DNA from: Candidatus Altiarchaeota archaeon
Lineage (GTDB): Archaea; Altiarchaeota; Altiarchaeia; IMC4; SCGC-AAA252-I15
Assembly (NCBI GenBank): GCA_043813075.1
Contig: JBDRLL010000011.1
Location: forward strand, 1-53,071
Length of the DNA: 53,071 bases
Direction: 5' to 3'
Positions 29,641 through 40,431 of this stretch are shown here, piece after piece (position 1 is the first letter of the stretch; the number at the start of each line of letters is the position of its first letter). Both the position numbers and the translations under genes were made by a program. The notes beneath the pieces are model-generated. The model saw only the letters and a list, made by a program, of their open reading frames with translations. It was not told the origin of the DNA and ran no database searches.

Positions 29641-30930
29641 ATGAAGATTTCAGTTGTTGGTTCCGGATACGTGGGGTTGATAACTTCGGCTGGTTTCGCT
29701 GAGAAAGGGTATAATGTGGTGTGTGTTGACATAGACCAGAAGAAGGTGGATATGATAAACTCCGGAAAGCCTCCGATATATGAGAAGGGGCTTCAGGAGA
29801 TACTTGATTATGTTGTCCCAGAGAAGCTTAAGGCTTCAATGGACTTGGAGTCCGCCATCCTGGATACTAACGTGACTTTCATATGTGTTGGAACGCCTTC
29901 AGACGATGATGGCTCCATAAACCTGAAGTATGTGAAGGAAGTCTCAAAGGAGATTGGCGCTGTTTTGAGGAAGAAGCAGGATTACCATGTTGTTGTCGTT
30001 AAAAGCACCATAATACCAGGTTCGACTGAAGAGCACGTGATTCCCATCCTGGAGGGTGAGTCTGGGAAGAAGGCTGGCGAGGACTTTGGGGTGGTCATGA
30101 ATCCTGAATTCCTGAGGGAAGGCGTGGCTGTGGATGACTTCATGAAGCCTGACAGAATAGTCATCGGCGCCATAGACTCGAAGTCAGGGGACCTTATAGA
30201 GCGGCTCTACTTCAAATTCAAGTCTCCTGTGTTGAGGGTTAGCTTGAAGACCGCTGAAATGATAAAATACACTTCAAACTCGATGCTCGCCACCAAAATA
30301 AGCTTCATAAACGAGGTGGGCAACATCTGCAAGAAGCTTGGCGTCGACGTCTACGACGTTGCTAAGGGAGTCGGCCTTGACCACAGGATCGGACCCCACT
30401 TCATAAACGCCGGTCCAGGCTTCGGTGGCAGCTGCTTCCCCAAGGACGTTAAGGCCCTGGTGCACAAGGCCAAGGATGTGGGTGTTGAGACACGGCTTCT
30501 TGACAGCGTGCTGGAGGTGAACGACAGGCAGCCGCTCATACTGCTAGGCCTTCTCAAGTCAAAATACGGGCTGAAGGGGATGAGGGTTGCGGTGCTCGGC
30601 CTCGCGTTCAAGGCAGGCACCGATGACATGAGGGAGAGTCCGGTGATACCTGTCATAAACGGCCTTCTCGATGCTGGTGCGGTTGTTGTCGCATATGATC
30701 CTGAGGCTCTTGAGAACGCCAGGCATGAGTTCGGCGATAGGATTGTTTACGCGGATTCCATAAGCAAGGCTCTTGATGGTGCTGAACTCTCCGTGATAAT
30801 GACTGAATGGGAGAAGTTCAAGAAGATAGACTTCAGTCCAATGAAGGTTAAACGGGTTTTTGACGCCAGACACATACTAAACCTCAATCTAATGGACTCT
30901 GACGTGGAATACGAGGGTCTTGCCTGGTAA
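29641..30930 (+). CDS. UDP-glucose 6-dehydrogenase (AglM-like)
   Basis: GSGYVG, CVGTP, KST, NPEFLREG, GFGGSCFPKD and GLAFK motifs. Confidence 0.94.
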   Translation: MKISVVGSGYVGLITSAGFAEKGYNVVCVDIDQKKVDMINSGKPPIYEKGLQEILDYVVPEKLKASMDLESAILDTNVTFICVGTPSDDDGSINLKYVKEVSKEIGAVLRKKQDYHVVVVKSTIIPGSTEEHVIPILEGESGKKAGEDFGVVMNPEFLREGVAVDDFMKPDRIVIGAIDSKSGDLIERLYFKFKSPVLRVSLKTAEMIKYTSNSMLATKISFINEVGNICKKLGVDVYDVAKGVGLDHRIGPHFINAGPGFGGSCFPKDVKALVHKAKDVGVETRLLDSVLEVNDRQPLILLGLLKSKYGLKGMRVAVLGLAFKAGTDDMRESPVIPVINGLLDAGAVVVAYDPEALENARHEFGDRIVYADSISKALDGAELSVIMTEWEKFKKIDFSPMKVKRVFDARHILNLNLMDSDVEYEGLAW

Positions 30931-30964
30931 TTTTAATGAAGCAATGTAAAATCATTAAGGTAAA

Positions 30965-31819
30965 ATGAAGGCTGTTATTCCTGCTGCGGGGTTGGGAACA
31001 CGGTTCCTGCCGGCCACTAAGGCGATGCCAAAGGAGATGTTGCCGTTAGTTGATACGCCGTCAATACAGTTGGTGGTGGAGGAGTGCGTGAACTCTGGCA
31101 TAGACGACATCATAATCATCACCGGCCGCGGTAAGCGCGCTATCGAGGACCACTTCGACCATAGCGTTGAGTTGGAGGACGTCTTGAAGAAGAAGGGGGA
31201 TAATAAGATGCTGAAGATGGTGTCCGAGATCAGCGAGCTGGTGGACATACACTTCATAAGGCAGAAGCATGCGCTCGGGCTGGGCCACGCCATACTGCGG
31301 TCTGAAAAGCATGTGGGTGACGAGCCCTTCGTGGTTTTGCTTGGCGATGACATAGTCTTCAGCAAAACTCCGTGCAGCAGGCAGCTGGTTGACTTGTATA
31401 AGAAGTACAAGTCTCCAGTCATAGCGGTCGAGAGGGTTCCGAAGCATATGATAAAATCCTACGGGATAGTTGATGTGAAGAACAAGGAGGACAGCCTTCA
31501 TGTCATAAAGAATCTGGTTGAGAAGCCGGAGCCTGATAAGGCTCCCTCCAACCTGGGCATAATCGGCCGTTACCTTCTTACGCCTGAAATATTCGACTGC
31601 GTCCGCAAGACTAAGCCTGGCAGGGGTGGTGAAATCCAGTTGACTGACGCGCTACAGCTTTTGAACAAGAAGAGGAAGATGTATGCGTGGGAGTTCGAGG
31701 GCGTTAGATATGATCTTGGGAACAAGTTCGACTACCTGAGGGCTTCCATAGAGTATGCTTTATCACGGGATGACTTGGGCCCTAAACTAAGGGAGTATTT
31801 GAGTGAATTGGAGTTGTAG
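30965..31819 (+). CDS. galU: UTP--glucose-1-phosphate uridylyltransferase
   Basis: PAAGLGTRFLPATK..PKEM, LGLGHA, LVEKP and GEIQLTDA motifs. Confidence 0.95.
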   Translation: MKAVIPAAGLGTRFLPATKAMPKEMLPLVDTPSIQLVVEECVNSGIDDIIIITGRGKRAIEDHFDHSVELEDVLKKKGDNKMLKMVSEISELVDIHFIRQKHALGLGHAILRSEKHVGDEPFVVLLGDDIVFSKTPCSRQLVDLYKKYKSPVIAVERVPKHMIKSYGIVDVKNKEDSLHVIKNLVEKPEPDKAPSNLGIIGRYLLTPEIFDCVRKTKPGRGGEIQLTDALQLLNKKRKMYAWEFEGVRYDLGNKFDYLRASIEYALSRDDLGPKLREYLSELEL

Positions 31820-32755
31820 GTGGTTTGTTTGGATAAGGCTTTGATTACTGGCGGGGCGGGGTTCATAGGCTCGCACTTATGTGACCTGCTGCTTGGTGAG
31901 GGTTTTCAGGTGACTTGCGTGGACAACCTGATAACCGGCAGCATGAGCAACATCAAGCACCTGGAGGATAATGAGGACTTCACGTTCGTGAACCATGATG
32001 TGACGAAGTACATAAAGCATGATGGCGACCTTGACTACGTGCTGCATTTCGCAAGCCCCGCAAGCCCGATAGACTATCTTAAACTGCCTATACAGACACT
32101 CAAGGTGGGTTCATTGGGGACTCATAACGCGTTGGGCCTAGCCAAGGATAAGAACGCCGTATTCCTGCTGGCGTCGACTTCGGAAGTGTACGGCGACCCG
32201 CTGGTGCACCCACAGCCTGAAACCTATTGGGGTAATGTGAATCCGGTTGGCCCCCGCGGAGTATATGACGAGGCGAAGAGGTTCGCTGAAGCCATTACCA
32301 TGGCATACTATAAGGTTCACAGCGTCGACGTTAAGATAGCACGGATATTCAACACGTATGGGCCTAGGATGCGTGCAGGTGATGGTCGTGTGGTGCCTGC
32401 GTTCATTAATCAGGCGTTGGAGGGCGAGCCGCTCACCGTCTTTGGTGATGGCAGTCAGACCCGGAGCTTCTGCTATGTCAAGGATGAGATAGCCGGGCTT
32501 TACGGGCTTATGCTGTCTGACTTGAACGAGCCTGTCAACATAGGGAACCCGAATGAGATGACGATACTCGAGTTCGCGGAGAACATAATCCGGCTGGTTG
32601 GCTCGGACTCTGAGATAACTTACGAGCCCCTTCCAGTGGACGATCCTAAGACCAGGCAGCCTGACATAAGCAAGGCCAGGAAGCATCTTGGGTGGGAGCC
32701 GAAAGTCGGTCTTGAGGATGGCCTCAGGGAGACTATAGATTATTTCAAAAAATGA
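31820..32755 (+). CDS. UDP-glucuronate decarboxylase (UDP-xylose synthase) family SDR
   Basis: [53 protein letters not shown] and DDPK.RQPDI motifs. Start is GTG 31820 or TTG 31829. Confidence 0.9.
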   Translation: MVCLDKALITGGAGFIGSHLCDLLLGEGFQVTCVDNLITGSMSNIKHLEDNEDFTFVNHDVTKYIKHDGDLDYVLHFASPASPIDYLKLPIQTLKVGSLGTHNALGLAKDKNAVFLLASTSEVYGDPLVHPQPETYWGNVNPVGPRGVYDEAKRFAEAITMAYYKVHSVDVKIARIFNTYGPRMRAGDGRVVPAFINQALEGEPLTVFGDGSQTRSFCYVKDEIAGLYGLMLSDLNEPVNIGNPNEMTILEFAENIIRLVGSDSEITYEPLPVDDPKTRQPDISKARKHLGWEPKVGLEDGLRETIDYFKK

Positions 32756-33672
32756 AGGCACTTGTTACTGGTGGCGCAGGTTTCATTGGAAGCAACATAG
32801 TGGACTTGCTTGTCAGCGAAGGATATGATGTTGTGGTGGTCGACGACTTGTCAACAGGCAAGAAGGAGAACATCAATGATAGCGCAGTCTTCCGTGAGGT
32901 GGACATAACCTCGCCCAAACTAGACTCGGTTTTCATGGAGGAGAAGCCCGACTACGTCATTCATCAGGCAGCTCAGATAAACGTTAGGAAGTCGGTGACT
33001 GAACCGGAGTTCGACGCCCGGGTGAACATACTCGGTTCCATAAACCTGCTTGAATGCTGTCGTAGGCACGGTGTGAAAAGAGTAGTCTACGCTTCGTCGG
33101 GCGGCGCGGTTTACGGCGAGCCAGAATATCTTCCAGCAGATGAAAGCCACCCGGTGAATCCGTTGTGCCCTTATGGCGCCTCAAAATATGCTGTGGAGAA
33201 GTATTTGTTCCTCTACAGCGTCAACTATGGGCTGGACTACATAATACTCCGTTACGGTAACGTGTATGGTCCTCGCCAGGACCCTCTCGGCGAGGCGGGT
33301 GTCGTAGCGATTTTCACGAAGAAGATGTTGTTGTCTGATACTCCTGTGATAAACGGTGATGGGGGGCAGACCCGGGACTTCGTTCACGTTAAGGATGTCG
33401 CGAGGGCTAACCTTCTGGCGTTGAGGGCAAAGACGGGGGAGAGGGTATTCAACATAGGCTCTGGAGTGGAGACGTCGGTGAACGAGATAACAAAACACCT
33501 GATGGAATGCACTGGCGCTAAAGTCAAGCCAAAGCACGGGCCTGAAGTCAAGGGTGAGGTGCGTCGCATATATCTTAACGTCGGTCTCGCAGGTTCTGAA
33601 CTCAAATGGGCGCCTGTGATAGGGTTGGAGGATGGCTTAAAGGAGACTGTGGAGTGGACCAGGAATGAGTAA
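32752..33672 (+). CDS. NAD-dependent epimerase, UDP-glucose 4-epimerase-like
   Basis: [32 protein letters not shown] and QTRDFVHV motifs. Confidence 0.9.
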   Translation: MKALVTGGAGFIGSNIVDLLVSEGYDVVVVDDLSTGKKENINDSAVFREVDITSPKLDSVFMEEKPDYVIHQAAQINVRKSVTEPEFDARVNILGSINLLECCRRHGVKRVVYASSGGAVYGEPEYLPADESHPVNPLCPYGASKYAVEKYLFLYSVNYGLDYIILRYGNVYGPRQDPLGEAGVVAIFTKKMLLSDTPVINGDGGQTRDFVHVKDVARANLLALRAKTGERVFNIGSGVETSVNEITKHLMECTGAKVKPKHGPEVKGEVRRIYLNVGLAGSELKWAPVIGLEDGLKETVEWTRNE

Positions 33673-34729
33673 GGTTGTTGTCTTAAAGACCAGTCCTAAG
33701 ACAGTATTGGATGATTACGCCCGCCTCATGGACATGGCTGGGTATCAGAAGAGCCTTCCTAAAGACAAGGAGACGTTGATTAAGCTTAACCTGTCTTGGA
33801 GCCTCTATTTCCCATCATGCAGCACGGAGCCATGGCAGCTTGAGGGCGTCTTGAGGAAGATGGTTGAAGACGGCTACGACAGGATAATCCCTGTCGAGAA
33901 CCGTACTGTAGTCACAGACCCGTGGAAGGGAGCCGAGCTGAACAAGTGGCTTCCCATACTGGACAAGTACGGCCAGAAGTTCACGCCGCTCACCGAGGTG
34001 GAGTGGATGCAGTACGAGCCTAAGGCGGAGATGACGGCGATGTACGACATATTCCCGGAGGGATTCACGATACCAGCATTCTTCCCCGGCAAGAGCGTGC
34101 TGCATCTTCCAACGCAGAAGACCCACGGCCACACAACGATAACTGGGGCGATGAAGAACGCGTTCGGAGGCCTCCTCACGAAGAAGCGCCACCACAGCCA
34201 TCGTTTAATCCACGAGGTCCTTGTTGACTTGCTTGCGATACAGAAGGAGATTCACACCGGCATCTTCGCGGTGACTGACGGCACCGTGGTTGGTGATGGC
34301 GCGGGGCCGCGTGCGATGATCCCGAGGATTGAGAACTACATACTAGCGTCCGAGGACCAGGTCGCGATTGATGCTGTCTCAGCCAGGATGATGGGTTACG
34401 ATCCGCTTAAAATACATTTCATCAAGATGGCGCACGACAGGGGTCTTGGCGTCGGAGACTTGGGTCAGATCGATGTTGTCGGCGAGGACATATCCGATGT
34501 CTGCTATAAATGCCATACTGAGAAGAGCCTCATAGTGTGGGGTGACCAGTTGTTCCGTAAGGGGGTGTTATCCTTCCTGGAGCCTTTGATGTTCCACACG
34601 CCATTGTTCTGGTTCTGCATACAGGCTTCATCGGTATATCACGATCAGATATGGTATCCTACAGTTGGTAAGGGCCGCATAAGAGAGTTCATGAAGACTG
34701 ATTGGGGCAGGTTATTCCAGACTTACTAG
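33665..34729 (+). CDS. DUF362-family protein
   Basis: LIKLN, LPTQKTHGHTTITGAMKNAFG and DQVAIDAV motifs; His cluster RHHSH. Confidence 0.8.
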   Translation: MSKVVVLKTSPKTVLDDYARLMDMAGYQKSLPKDKETLIKLNLSWSLYFPSCSTEPWQLEGVLRKMVEDGYDRIIPVENRTVVTDPWKGAELNKWLPILDKYGQKFTPLTEVEWMQYEPKAEMTAMYDIFPEGFTIPAFFPGKSVLHLPTQKTHGHTTITGAMKNAFGGLLTKKRHHSHRLIHEVLVDLLAIQKEIHTGIFAVTDGTVVGDGAGPRAMIPRIENYILASEDQVAIDAVSARMMGYDPLKIHFIKMAHDRGLGVGDLGQIDVVGEDISDVCYKCHTEKSLIVWGDQLFRKGVLSFLEPLMFHTPLFWFCIQASSVYHDQIWYPTVGKGRIREFMKTDWGRLFQTY

Positions 34730-35583
34730 CCTATGACGTACAGTACATAGAAGCTTGCGAGAATCCAGAGTAGGAATCCTATCAGTATCTGCTTGTCCTG
34801 GAACATGTACTGCGTCTTTCTCGCTATCCTATGGTTGACTGAGGCGAAATAAAGGTATCTGAATACTATGAAGCTGGCGAATGGTATCGTCAGCATCATG
34901 TAGCCGCTGTTGTGGACCTGGAATGTGTATAAACTGTAGGCAAACAGTAGTATGCTGGAGACCACCACCAGAAACATGTCCAGAAGGGGTTGGGTGTAGT
35001 ACTCGTATACTCTCTTGAACTTCACCGCATCATCACCCAGCAGGGAAAGCTCCGAGCGTCTCTTGCTTATGCCTAAGAGCAGGGCCAGGAAGAAGACTGT
35101 CATAATCAGCCATGGGCTTGTGGGGACGTTGATCAGCACGGCACCTGAGACCGCCCTGATGAGGAAATTGACGGCAATCACGTGCACGTCAACGAATGGA
35201 ATGTCCTTCAGCCCCAGGTTGTAGGCGTTGCTTGATATGAAGAGGATGACTGGGAACACCATGAAGGGTATTGACAGGTTGTATCCTATCACACAGGATG
35301 ATATGAACAAGAGGCCGCTGACAGCGTATCCCTCGCTTACGGAAACCCTGCCTGAGGCGATGGGCCTGGTCTTCTTCTCAGGATGCTTCTTGTCAGCATC
35401 CCTGTCCTTTATGTCATTGAGGATGTAGTATGCGGAAGAAATGAAGCAGAGTGATATGAACCCCAGGAAAGTCTTGTACAGTAGCACATGGTTGAAGATG
35501 TTTTTCGTGAAAAACAGTGCTAGGAATATGACCAGGTTCTTGTACCACTGGTGGGCCCTCAACATCTGCAAGTATCTTTGCAT
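34726..35583 (-). CDS. UbiA-family polyprenyl-phosphate phosphoribosyltransferase-like protein
   Basis: R.HQWYKN, YILNDIKDR..D..HP.K..RPIASG, SPWL and KRRSEL motifs, typical of the DPPR-synthase branch. Confidence 0.85.
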   Translation of the reverse strand: MQRYLQMLRAHQWYKNLVIFLALFFTKNIFNHVLLYKTFLGFISLCFISSAYYILNDIKDRDADKKHPEKKTRPIASGRVSVSEGYAVSGLLFISSCVIGYNLSIPFMVFPVILFISSNAYNLGLKDIPFVDVHVIAVNFLIRAVSGAVLINVPTSPWLIMTVFFLALLLGISKRRSELSLLGDDAVKFKRVYEYYTQPLLDMFLVVVSSILLFAYSLYTFQVHNSGYMMLTIPFASFIVFRYLYFASVNHRIARKTQYMFQDKQILIGFLLWILASFYVLYVIG

Positions 35584-35643
35584 GACTATCCTCTGTTATT
35601 ATCCTGTTGGCTCATCACTCCTTATGCCGGCCATACTAAATTA

Positions 35644-37356
35644 TCATCCTGTATAATAATATCTGTTTGTGGAGCGTTGTTCCCTGTCCTTAACGCTGTC
35701 CGGCTTGTTGGCTCTTGGTCTTCCAGTCTCAGAGTCTCTCCTGAATGTCACGTCCATCGCCTTAAGGAAGTTGTTCATCCCATCCTGCATTTCAAGGGGC
35801 TTGTCCGCAGTCCCTGTCTTGCCCGCCTCCCCTGCAAACACGAGTAGTTCATCGCTCAGGTAGTCTATTATCAGTATGTCATGGTCCACCACCATGATGC
35901 TCTTCTTGTTGTCTAGCGCGAAGCTCCTCAGGTATTTAGCGAGGCTTATCCTCTCCTCCACATCCAGGTATGCTGACGGCTCGTCCAGCATGTATATGTC
36001 CGCATCCTGCGATAAGCAGTCCACTACGGCAACCTTCTGAAGCTCTCCGCCTGATAGTTCCGACAGCTTCCGGTCAAACAAGTGGTTGATCCTGAATCTT
36101 CCGACAATCTCCGGCTTCAGCCTAAGATTTAAGACAGGGTCTTCGCTGGTCTTTATGTACTGTGGCTTGTATGATACCGTCAAACCAAGGTCCACACCCC
36201 CTTCGTCTGGTTCTTCAACTCCTGCCAGCATCTTCACGTAAGTCGTCTTTCCGGTTGCGTTAGGCCCTAGTATGCCAAGGACTTCAGGCGTCGATATCTT
36301 CCCCGCCTTTACTCTTAGCGTGAACTCCCTGTAAGTCTTCACCATCTCAGGGTATTCTGCCAGTGTCTTAAGCCTTGATTTTTCTGATGGTGGTTTTACG
36401 TCGAATTTTATGGCTTCCCTGAACCGCATGTTCTCTGACCTTAGGAATCCGCTCAGGTACTCGTTTATCCCAACGCGGACGCCCATTATATTGCTTATTA
36501 TGCCGTATGCTCCAGTGTTCCCGAATATGACGTGCACGTGGTCGCTCAGGTAGTCCAGCACAGCAAGGTCGTGTTCAACAACGAAAACGTACTTGTCTCC
36601 CATATTCCTGATGACTCGCGCCACATTAAGCCTCTCCCTCACGTCCAGGTAGCTTGACGGCTCGTCTATCAAATACATGTCCGCTTCCTTTAGGAGGCAT
36701 ACTGCTATCGCAAGTCTCTGGAGTTCCCCGCCTGAAAGCGATTTAACGTCCTTCTCCATGGAGTTCTTCAAGTCAATCGAATCCACTATGCTCTTCATCA
36801 AACCGCGTTCATCAGCCCTATCCAGTATCGACTTCACATCACCCTCAATCACTTTAGGTATTGACTCAACGTACTGGGGTTTCACCACAGCCTTTACCTC
36901 CCCCCTGGATAGCCTCTCAACGTATCCCTGAATCTCCCTCCCCTTATACCTCTCAAGCACGTCCTCCCACCCCGCGTCTTTACCCAGGTTCGGCCTGATT
37001 TCCCCGGACATTATCCTTAACGCAGTGCTCTTCCCTATGCCATTGCATCCCACTATCCCTACTACACCCTCCCTTGGTGTGGGGAGATTGTAGAGTCTGA
37101 ATCCATTGACCCCGTACTGGTGTACCGGCTCGCCTATCTCCTCAGGCAGGTTGATTATCTTGATGGCGTCGTACGGGCATTTCTTCACGCATATCCCGCA
37201 TCCAGTGCACATGACCTCGCTTATGACAGGCTTCCTAGTCTCCTCGCTGACTGTTATGCATTCCCCTCCAGTCTTGTTGACTGGGCACATCCTCATGCAC
37301 AGGTAATTGCAGTCCTTTGGCTTGCACCTGTCCTTGTCGTGTATTGCAATCCTCAT
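35644..37356 (-). CDS. Ribosome-recycling ATPase ABCE1 (Rli1)
   Basis: N-terminal two-cluster FeS domain (C..C...C...CP, CTGCGICVKKCP); two NBDs with GIGKST/ATGKTT, LSGGELQ and DEPS; FRRD...RPR.NK tail. Confidence 0.97.
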   Translation of the reverse strand: MRIAIHDKDRCKPKDCNYLCMRMCPVNKTGGECITVSEETRKPVISEVMCTGCGICVKKCPYDAIKIINLPEEIGEPVHQYGVNGFRLYNLPTPREGVVGIVGCNGIGKSTALRIMSGEIRPNLGKDAGWEDVLERYKGREIQGYVERLSRGEVKAVVKPQYVESIPKVIEGDVKSILDRADERGLMKSIVDSIDLKNSMEKDVKSLSGGELQRLAIAVCLLKEADMYLIDEPSSYLDVRERLNVARVIRNMGDKYVFVVEHDLAVLDYLSDHVHVIFGNTGAYGIISNIMGVRVGINEYLSGFLRSENMRFREAIKFDVKPPSEKSRLKTLAEYPEMVKTYREFTLRVKAGKISTPEVLGILGPNATGKTTYVKMLAGVEEPDEGGVDLGLTVSYKPQYIKTSEDPVLNLRLKPEIVGRFRINHLFDRKLSELSGGELQKVAVVDCLSQDADIYMLDEPSAYLDVEERISLAKYLRSFALDNKKSIMVVDHDILIIDYLSDELLVFAGEAGKTGTADKPLEMQDGMNNFLKAMDVTFRRDSETGRPRANKPDSVKDREQRSTNRYYYTG

Positions 37357-38003
37357 TCTCCCTCAATCACGCTCCTGACTTCACTTAGGCTTCTAACAAC
37401 TGGAAACTCTTCATTAAAAACCTTTTCATAACGGTCCACCAGTATGCCGCTCATCCCAGCGTCCAACGCACCTCTAACATCCGTCTTTTCACTGTCACCA
37501 ACCATCCACGCACTATCCGCGCTGGCTCCCACTTCACCCAGCGCCTTCAGGAAAATCCTTGCGTCAGGCTTTGACAATCCGATGTCGCATGAAAGCAAAA
37601 CCGCGTCAAAGTGCCTTATAATACATTCATAGTTCTCCTTGAAGTATTCCGCCCCACTGACGTCGAGGTTGGATATCAACGCCAGCTTATAATCCCTCTC
37701 CAAATCACCCAAGACATCCTCGGTCTCCGGGAATACGCGCGTGTCCTCAAGCCTACTCTCCCACAACACTCCCACATCATCAAGCAGACTCTCATCCACA
37801 TTACGCCCCCTCCTCAAACACTCATCCCTCATGAAGTCCCTCACAGTAACCCTGGAGTCTGTGAAAGTCTTCTCCTTAAGCCCTGAGATGAATCCGTCAT
37901 AGTCCAAGTCAAAGCCAGTCAACCTGACTATGTCCATGACCCTGTCTCTGGTCGGGCAGTAGATTAGCGTGTTCCACAGGTCAAAGAAGATAGCATCAAT
38001 CAT
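37353..38003 (-). CDS. HAD-superfamily hydrolase
   Basis: FFDLWNTL, ISN, KPD.RIF and MVGDS..TD motifs. Confidence 0.9.
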   Translation of the reverse strand: MIDAIFFDLWNTLIYCPTRDRVMDIVRLTGFDLDYDGFISGLKEKTFTDSRVTVRDFMRDECLRRGRNVDESLLDDVGVLWESRLEDTRVFPETEDVLGDLERDYKLALISNLDVSGAEYFKENYECIIRHFDAVLLSCDIGLSKPDARIFLKALGEVGASADSAWMVGDSEKTDVRGALDAGMSGILVDRYEKVFNEEFPVVRSLSEVRSVIEGE

Positions 38004-38004
38004 G

Positions 38005-39117
38005 TCAGATAATCCCCCCTATGAATGCCGCCAGCAGATCACCGTCCACCATTCTCGGATTCGCCTTTGTTGACCCGCCCAAACCCAACTCCACCATGGA
38101 ATCAACGTCGTCCACGCCGACACCAATCCCCCCTAGCCTGGCAGGGATTCCGATGGACTCCTTAACTTCCACTATCCTTGAAACAAGCTCCCCCGCATCG
38201 CATAGCCCACAGTACTCCGCCAGGGCGTCAAACTTGCCGCCAACAGCCTTCATGTTAAACATCATCACATGCGGCAGCAGGAGACCAACCGCAACACCAT
38301 GCGGCACTCCAGCAACCCTCCATACAGCGTAAGACAGGCCGTGAGCTAGCCCAGCGCTTGCATGCGTTATGCCAAAGCCTGCGATAAGACTCGCATACAT
38401 CATCCGCTCACGCGTCACCATATCACCGCCGTCAACGTAGGCATTCTCTATGTTATCCAAAACTATCCTGACCGCCTCCATGCACAATATGTCCGTCATC
38501 GGCTGGCTCTTGAGTGACGAGTACGCTTCTATAGCGTGGGTCAATGCGTCCATCCCCGTGTAGGCTGTGACCTCTCTCGGCATCGTCCTTGTCAGTGTTG
38601 GGTCGTCCAATGCCACTCTGGGGTAAATTAATGGGCTGCGGATGCTCTTCTTTATCATAGTTTTCCTGTCTGACAGCACTGAAATCTGTGTTACCTCAGT
38701 ACCTGTCCCAGATGTAGTGGGGATGGCTACCATCCCAGGGCCGGGATTCTTAATGCCTCTGCCTTTAAGATAGTCCCCCGCATTACCACCATTCCCAACG
38801 ACTGCTGAAATGGCTTTAGCAGCGTCCAAAGGGCTTCCACCGCCCAAACCCACTATCAAGTCGACTTCTCTCGCGTATTCCACGGCATCATCTATCGTAT
38901 CCACGGACGGGTCGCTCTCAACATTGTCAAACACTTCGACGCTAACGTCTCCTAGCAGGCTGATGACCCTCTCCAAAACCCCCGTCTTCCTCATGGAACC
39001 ACTTCCAGTGACGATCAGGGCCTTTCCGGCGTCGGATTCGCCCACGATTTCTCCCAGCCTGTCCAACACTCCGCTACCGAAAATCACTCTCGTCGGCATG
39101 TGATACTCGAAATTCAT
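38005..39117 (-). CDS. Iron-containing alcohol dehydrogenase
   Basis: GLGGGSPLD, IPTTSGTG.E, GMDALTHAIE, AHGL and PHG motifs. Confidence 0.92.
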   Translation of the reverse strand: MNFEYHMPTRVIFGSGVLDRLGEIVGESDAGKALIVTGSGSMRKTGVLERVISLLGDVSVEVFDNVESDPSVDTIDDAVEYAREVDLIVGLGGGSPLDAAKAISAVVGNGGNAGDYLKGRGIKNPGPGMVAIPTTSGTGTEVTQISVLSDRKTMIKKSIRSPLIYPRVALDDPTLTRTMPREVTAYTGMDALTHAIEAYSSLKSQPMTDILCMEAVRIVLDNIENAYVDGGDMVTRERMMYASLIAGFGITHASAGLAHGLSYAVWRVAGVPHGVAVGLLLPHVMMFNMKAVGGKFDALAEYCGLCDAGELVSRIVEVKESIGIPARLGGIGVGVDDVDSMVELGLGGSTKANPRMVDGDLLAAFIGGII

Positions 39118-39764
39118 GGCACAACACCCAAAGTATTAAGCGAGACATCCTCCAGCGAGTCGACTATCACATCCGCCTTCCCGAGGTCTTGCCCGTACGT
39201 GTTCTGGCTTCTAACGGCGACAACCATCATGCCCGCAGACTTCCCCGCGGATATGCCTGCCTCAGCATCCTCCACTACCACGCACTCTTCCGGCTTCAAT
39301 CCCAGCCTTTCAGCAGCCAGCAAGAATGGCTCTGGATTTGGTTTGCCGTTCTCACAGCAGTCTCCTGAGACTATAAAATCGAATTCCATGAGCAACCCAA
39401 CCTCCTCAAGGCTTGCGTTAACCCGGTCCAAGGGGCTTGAAGACACGACCACAATCCTAATGCCGGCTTCCTTAAGCTCGTTCAGCAATCCAACGACGCC
39501 CGGCAAAGGCTCTAGCCTGCCTTTAATCATCCTAGCGTACAACTCACCCTTCCTCCTGACCAGCTCTCCAGCATCCAGGCTAAGCCCCCTCGCCATTATA
39601 GCGTCCCTATAATTGTCTATAGTCCTCCTCCCGAAGACCTGTTTTCTCTCCTCCTCACTCTGCACTATCCCGACATCCTCAAGCACCCTGTCAGACGCCT
39701 CCCTGCTTATGATCTCAGAGTCAACTAAAACCCCATCCAGGTCGAATAACACTGCCTTAATCAT
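39114..39764 (-). CDS. HAD-superfamily phosphatase (beta-PGM/CbbY-like)
   Basis: FDLDGVLVDS, VSSS, KPNPEPF and EDAEAG motifs. Confidence 0.9.
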   Translation of the reverse strand: MIKAVLFDLDGVLVDSEIISREASDRVLEDVGIVQSEEERKQVFGRRTIDNYRDAIMARGLSLDAGELVRRKGELYARMIKGRLEPLPGVVGLLNELKEAGIRIVVVSSSPLDRVNASLEEVGLLMEFDFIVSGDCCENGKPNPEPFLLAAERLGLKPEECVVVEDAEAGISAGKSAGMMVVAVRSQNTYGQDLGKADVIVDSLEDVSLNTLGVVP

Positions 39765-39765
39765 T

Positions 39766-40410
39766 TCAAGAAAAAAGGTCGTACATCCTTAATATATCCT
39801 CCCCACGCCCTATATGTCCGTGGCCAGGGAAAATCTTGGCCACACCCCTTCTCCCATGCAATTCAACGAGCCTTCCAAGGGATGCCCTCAAGTCATCCAT
39901 GCTGCCTCCAGGGAGGTCTGTCCTCCCAACACCATCCCTAAACAGGGTGTCCCCTGTGAACAGGCTCTTTGAAGCCGGCTCGTACAGGCACATGCTCCCC
40001 CCCGTATGCCCTGGAGTGTGCAGGACCTCCAGCATAATTCCGCCGAGATCCACCTTATCCCCATCCTTGAACTTCAATCCCACACAAACACTCTCGAATT
40101 CCATGCCAAACAGGCTGGATAGGATAAGGCTGTCGTCGCCGGATTCAACGGCTACAGCGTCTCTCTCATGCAATCCAAGCCTTAAACCCTTCTCCCCAAT
40201 TATCCTGCTGTCAGCGCCGCAGTGGTCAAAATGGCAGTGGGTATTTATTAAGACATCCGCATCTATATTATACTCTTCAAGCTTACTCAAGACCCTACGT
40301 GGATTGATGCCCGGGTCGATTATACAGGCCTTTACGCCTGCCACGATAAAAGCATTGGACTCGAAGGAGTCGCTCAAGACCGGGTAAATCACGTAAACAT
40401 ATTTAAACAC
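39766..40410 (-). CDS. Metallo-beta-lactamase fold hydrolase (glyoxalase II-like)
   Basis: THCHFDH, TPGHT, TGDTLF..GVGRTD and PGHG motifs. Confidence 0.9.
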   Translation of the reverse strand: MFKYVYVIYPVLSDSFESNAFIVAGVKACIIDPGINPRRVLSKLEEYNIDADVLINTHCHFDHCGADSRIIGEKGLRLGLHERDAVAVESGDDSLILSSLFGMEFESVCVGLKFKDGDKVDLGGIMLEVLHTPGHTGGSMCLYEPASKSLFTGDTLFRDGVGRTDLPGGSMDDLRASLGRLVELHGRRGVAKIFPGHGHIGRGEDILRMYDLFS

Positions 40411-40431
40411 AAACTATATAATGTAACCACC

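Noticed and set aside
37353-39764. Phosphonate biosynthesis cluster (Fe-ADH plus HADs)
   Set aside because: No PEP mutase or phosphonopyruvate decarboxylase in the window.
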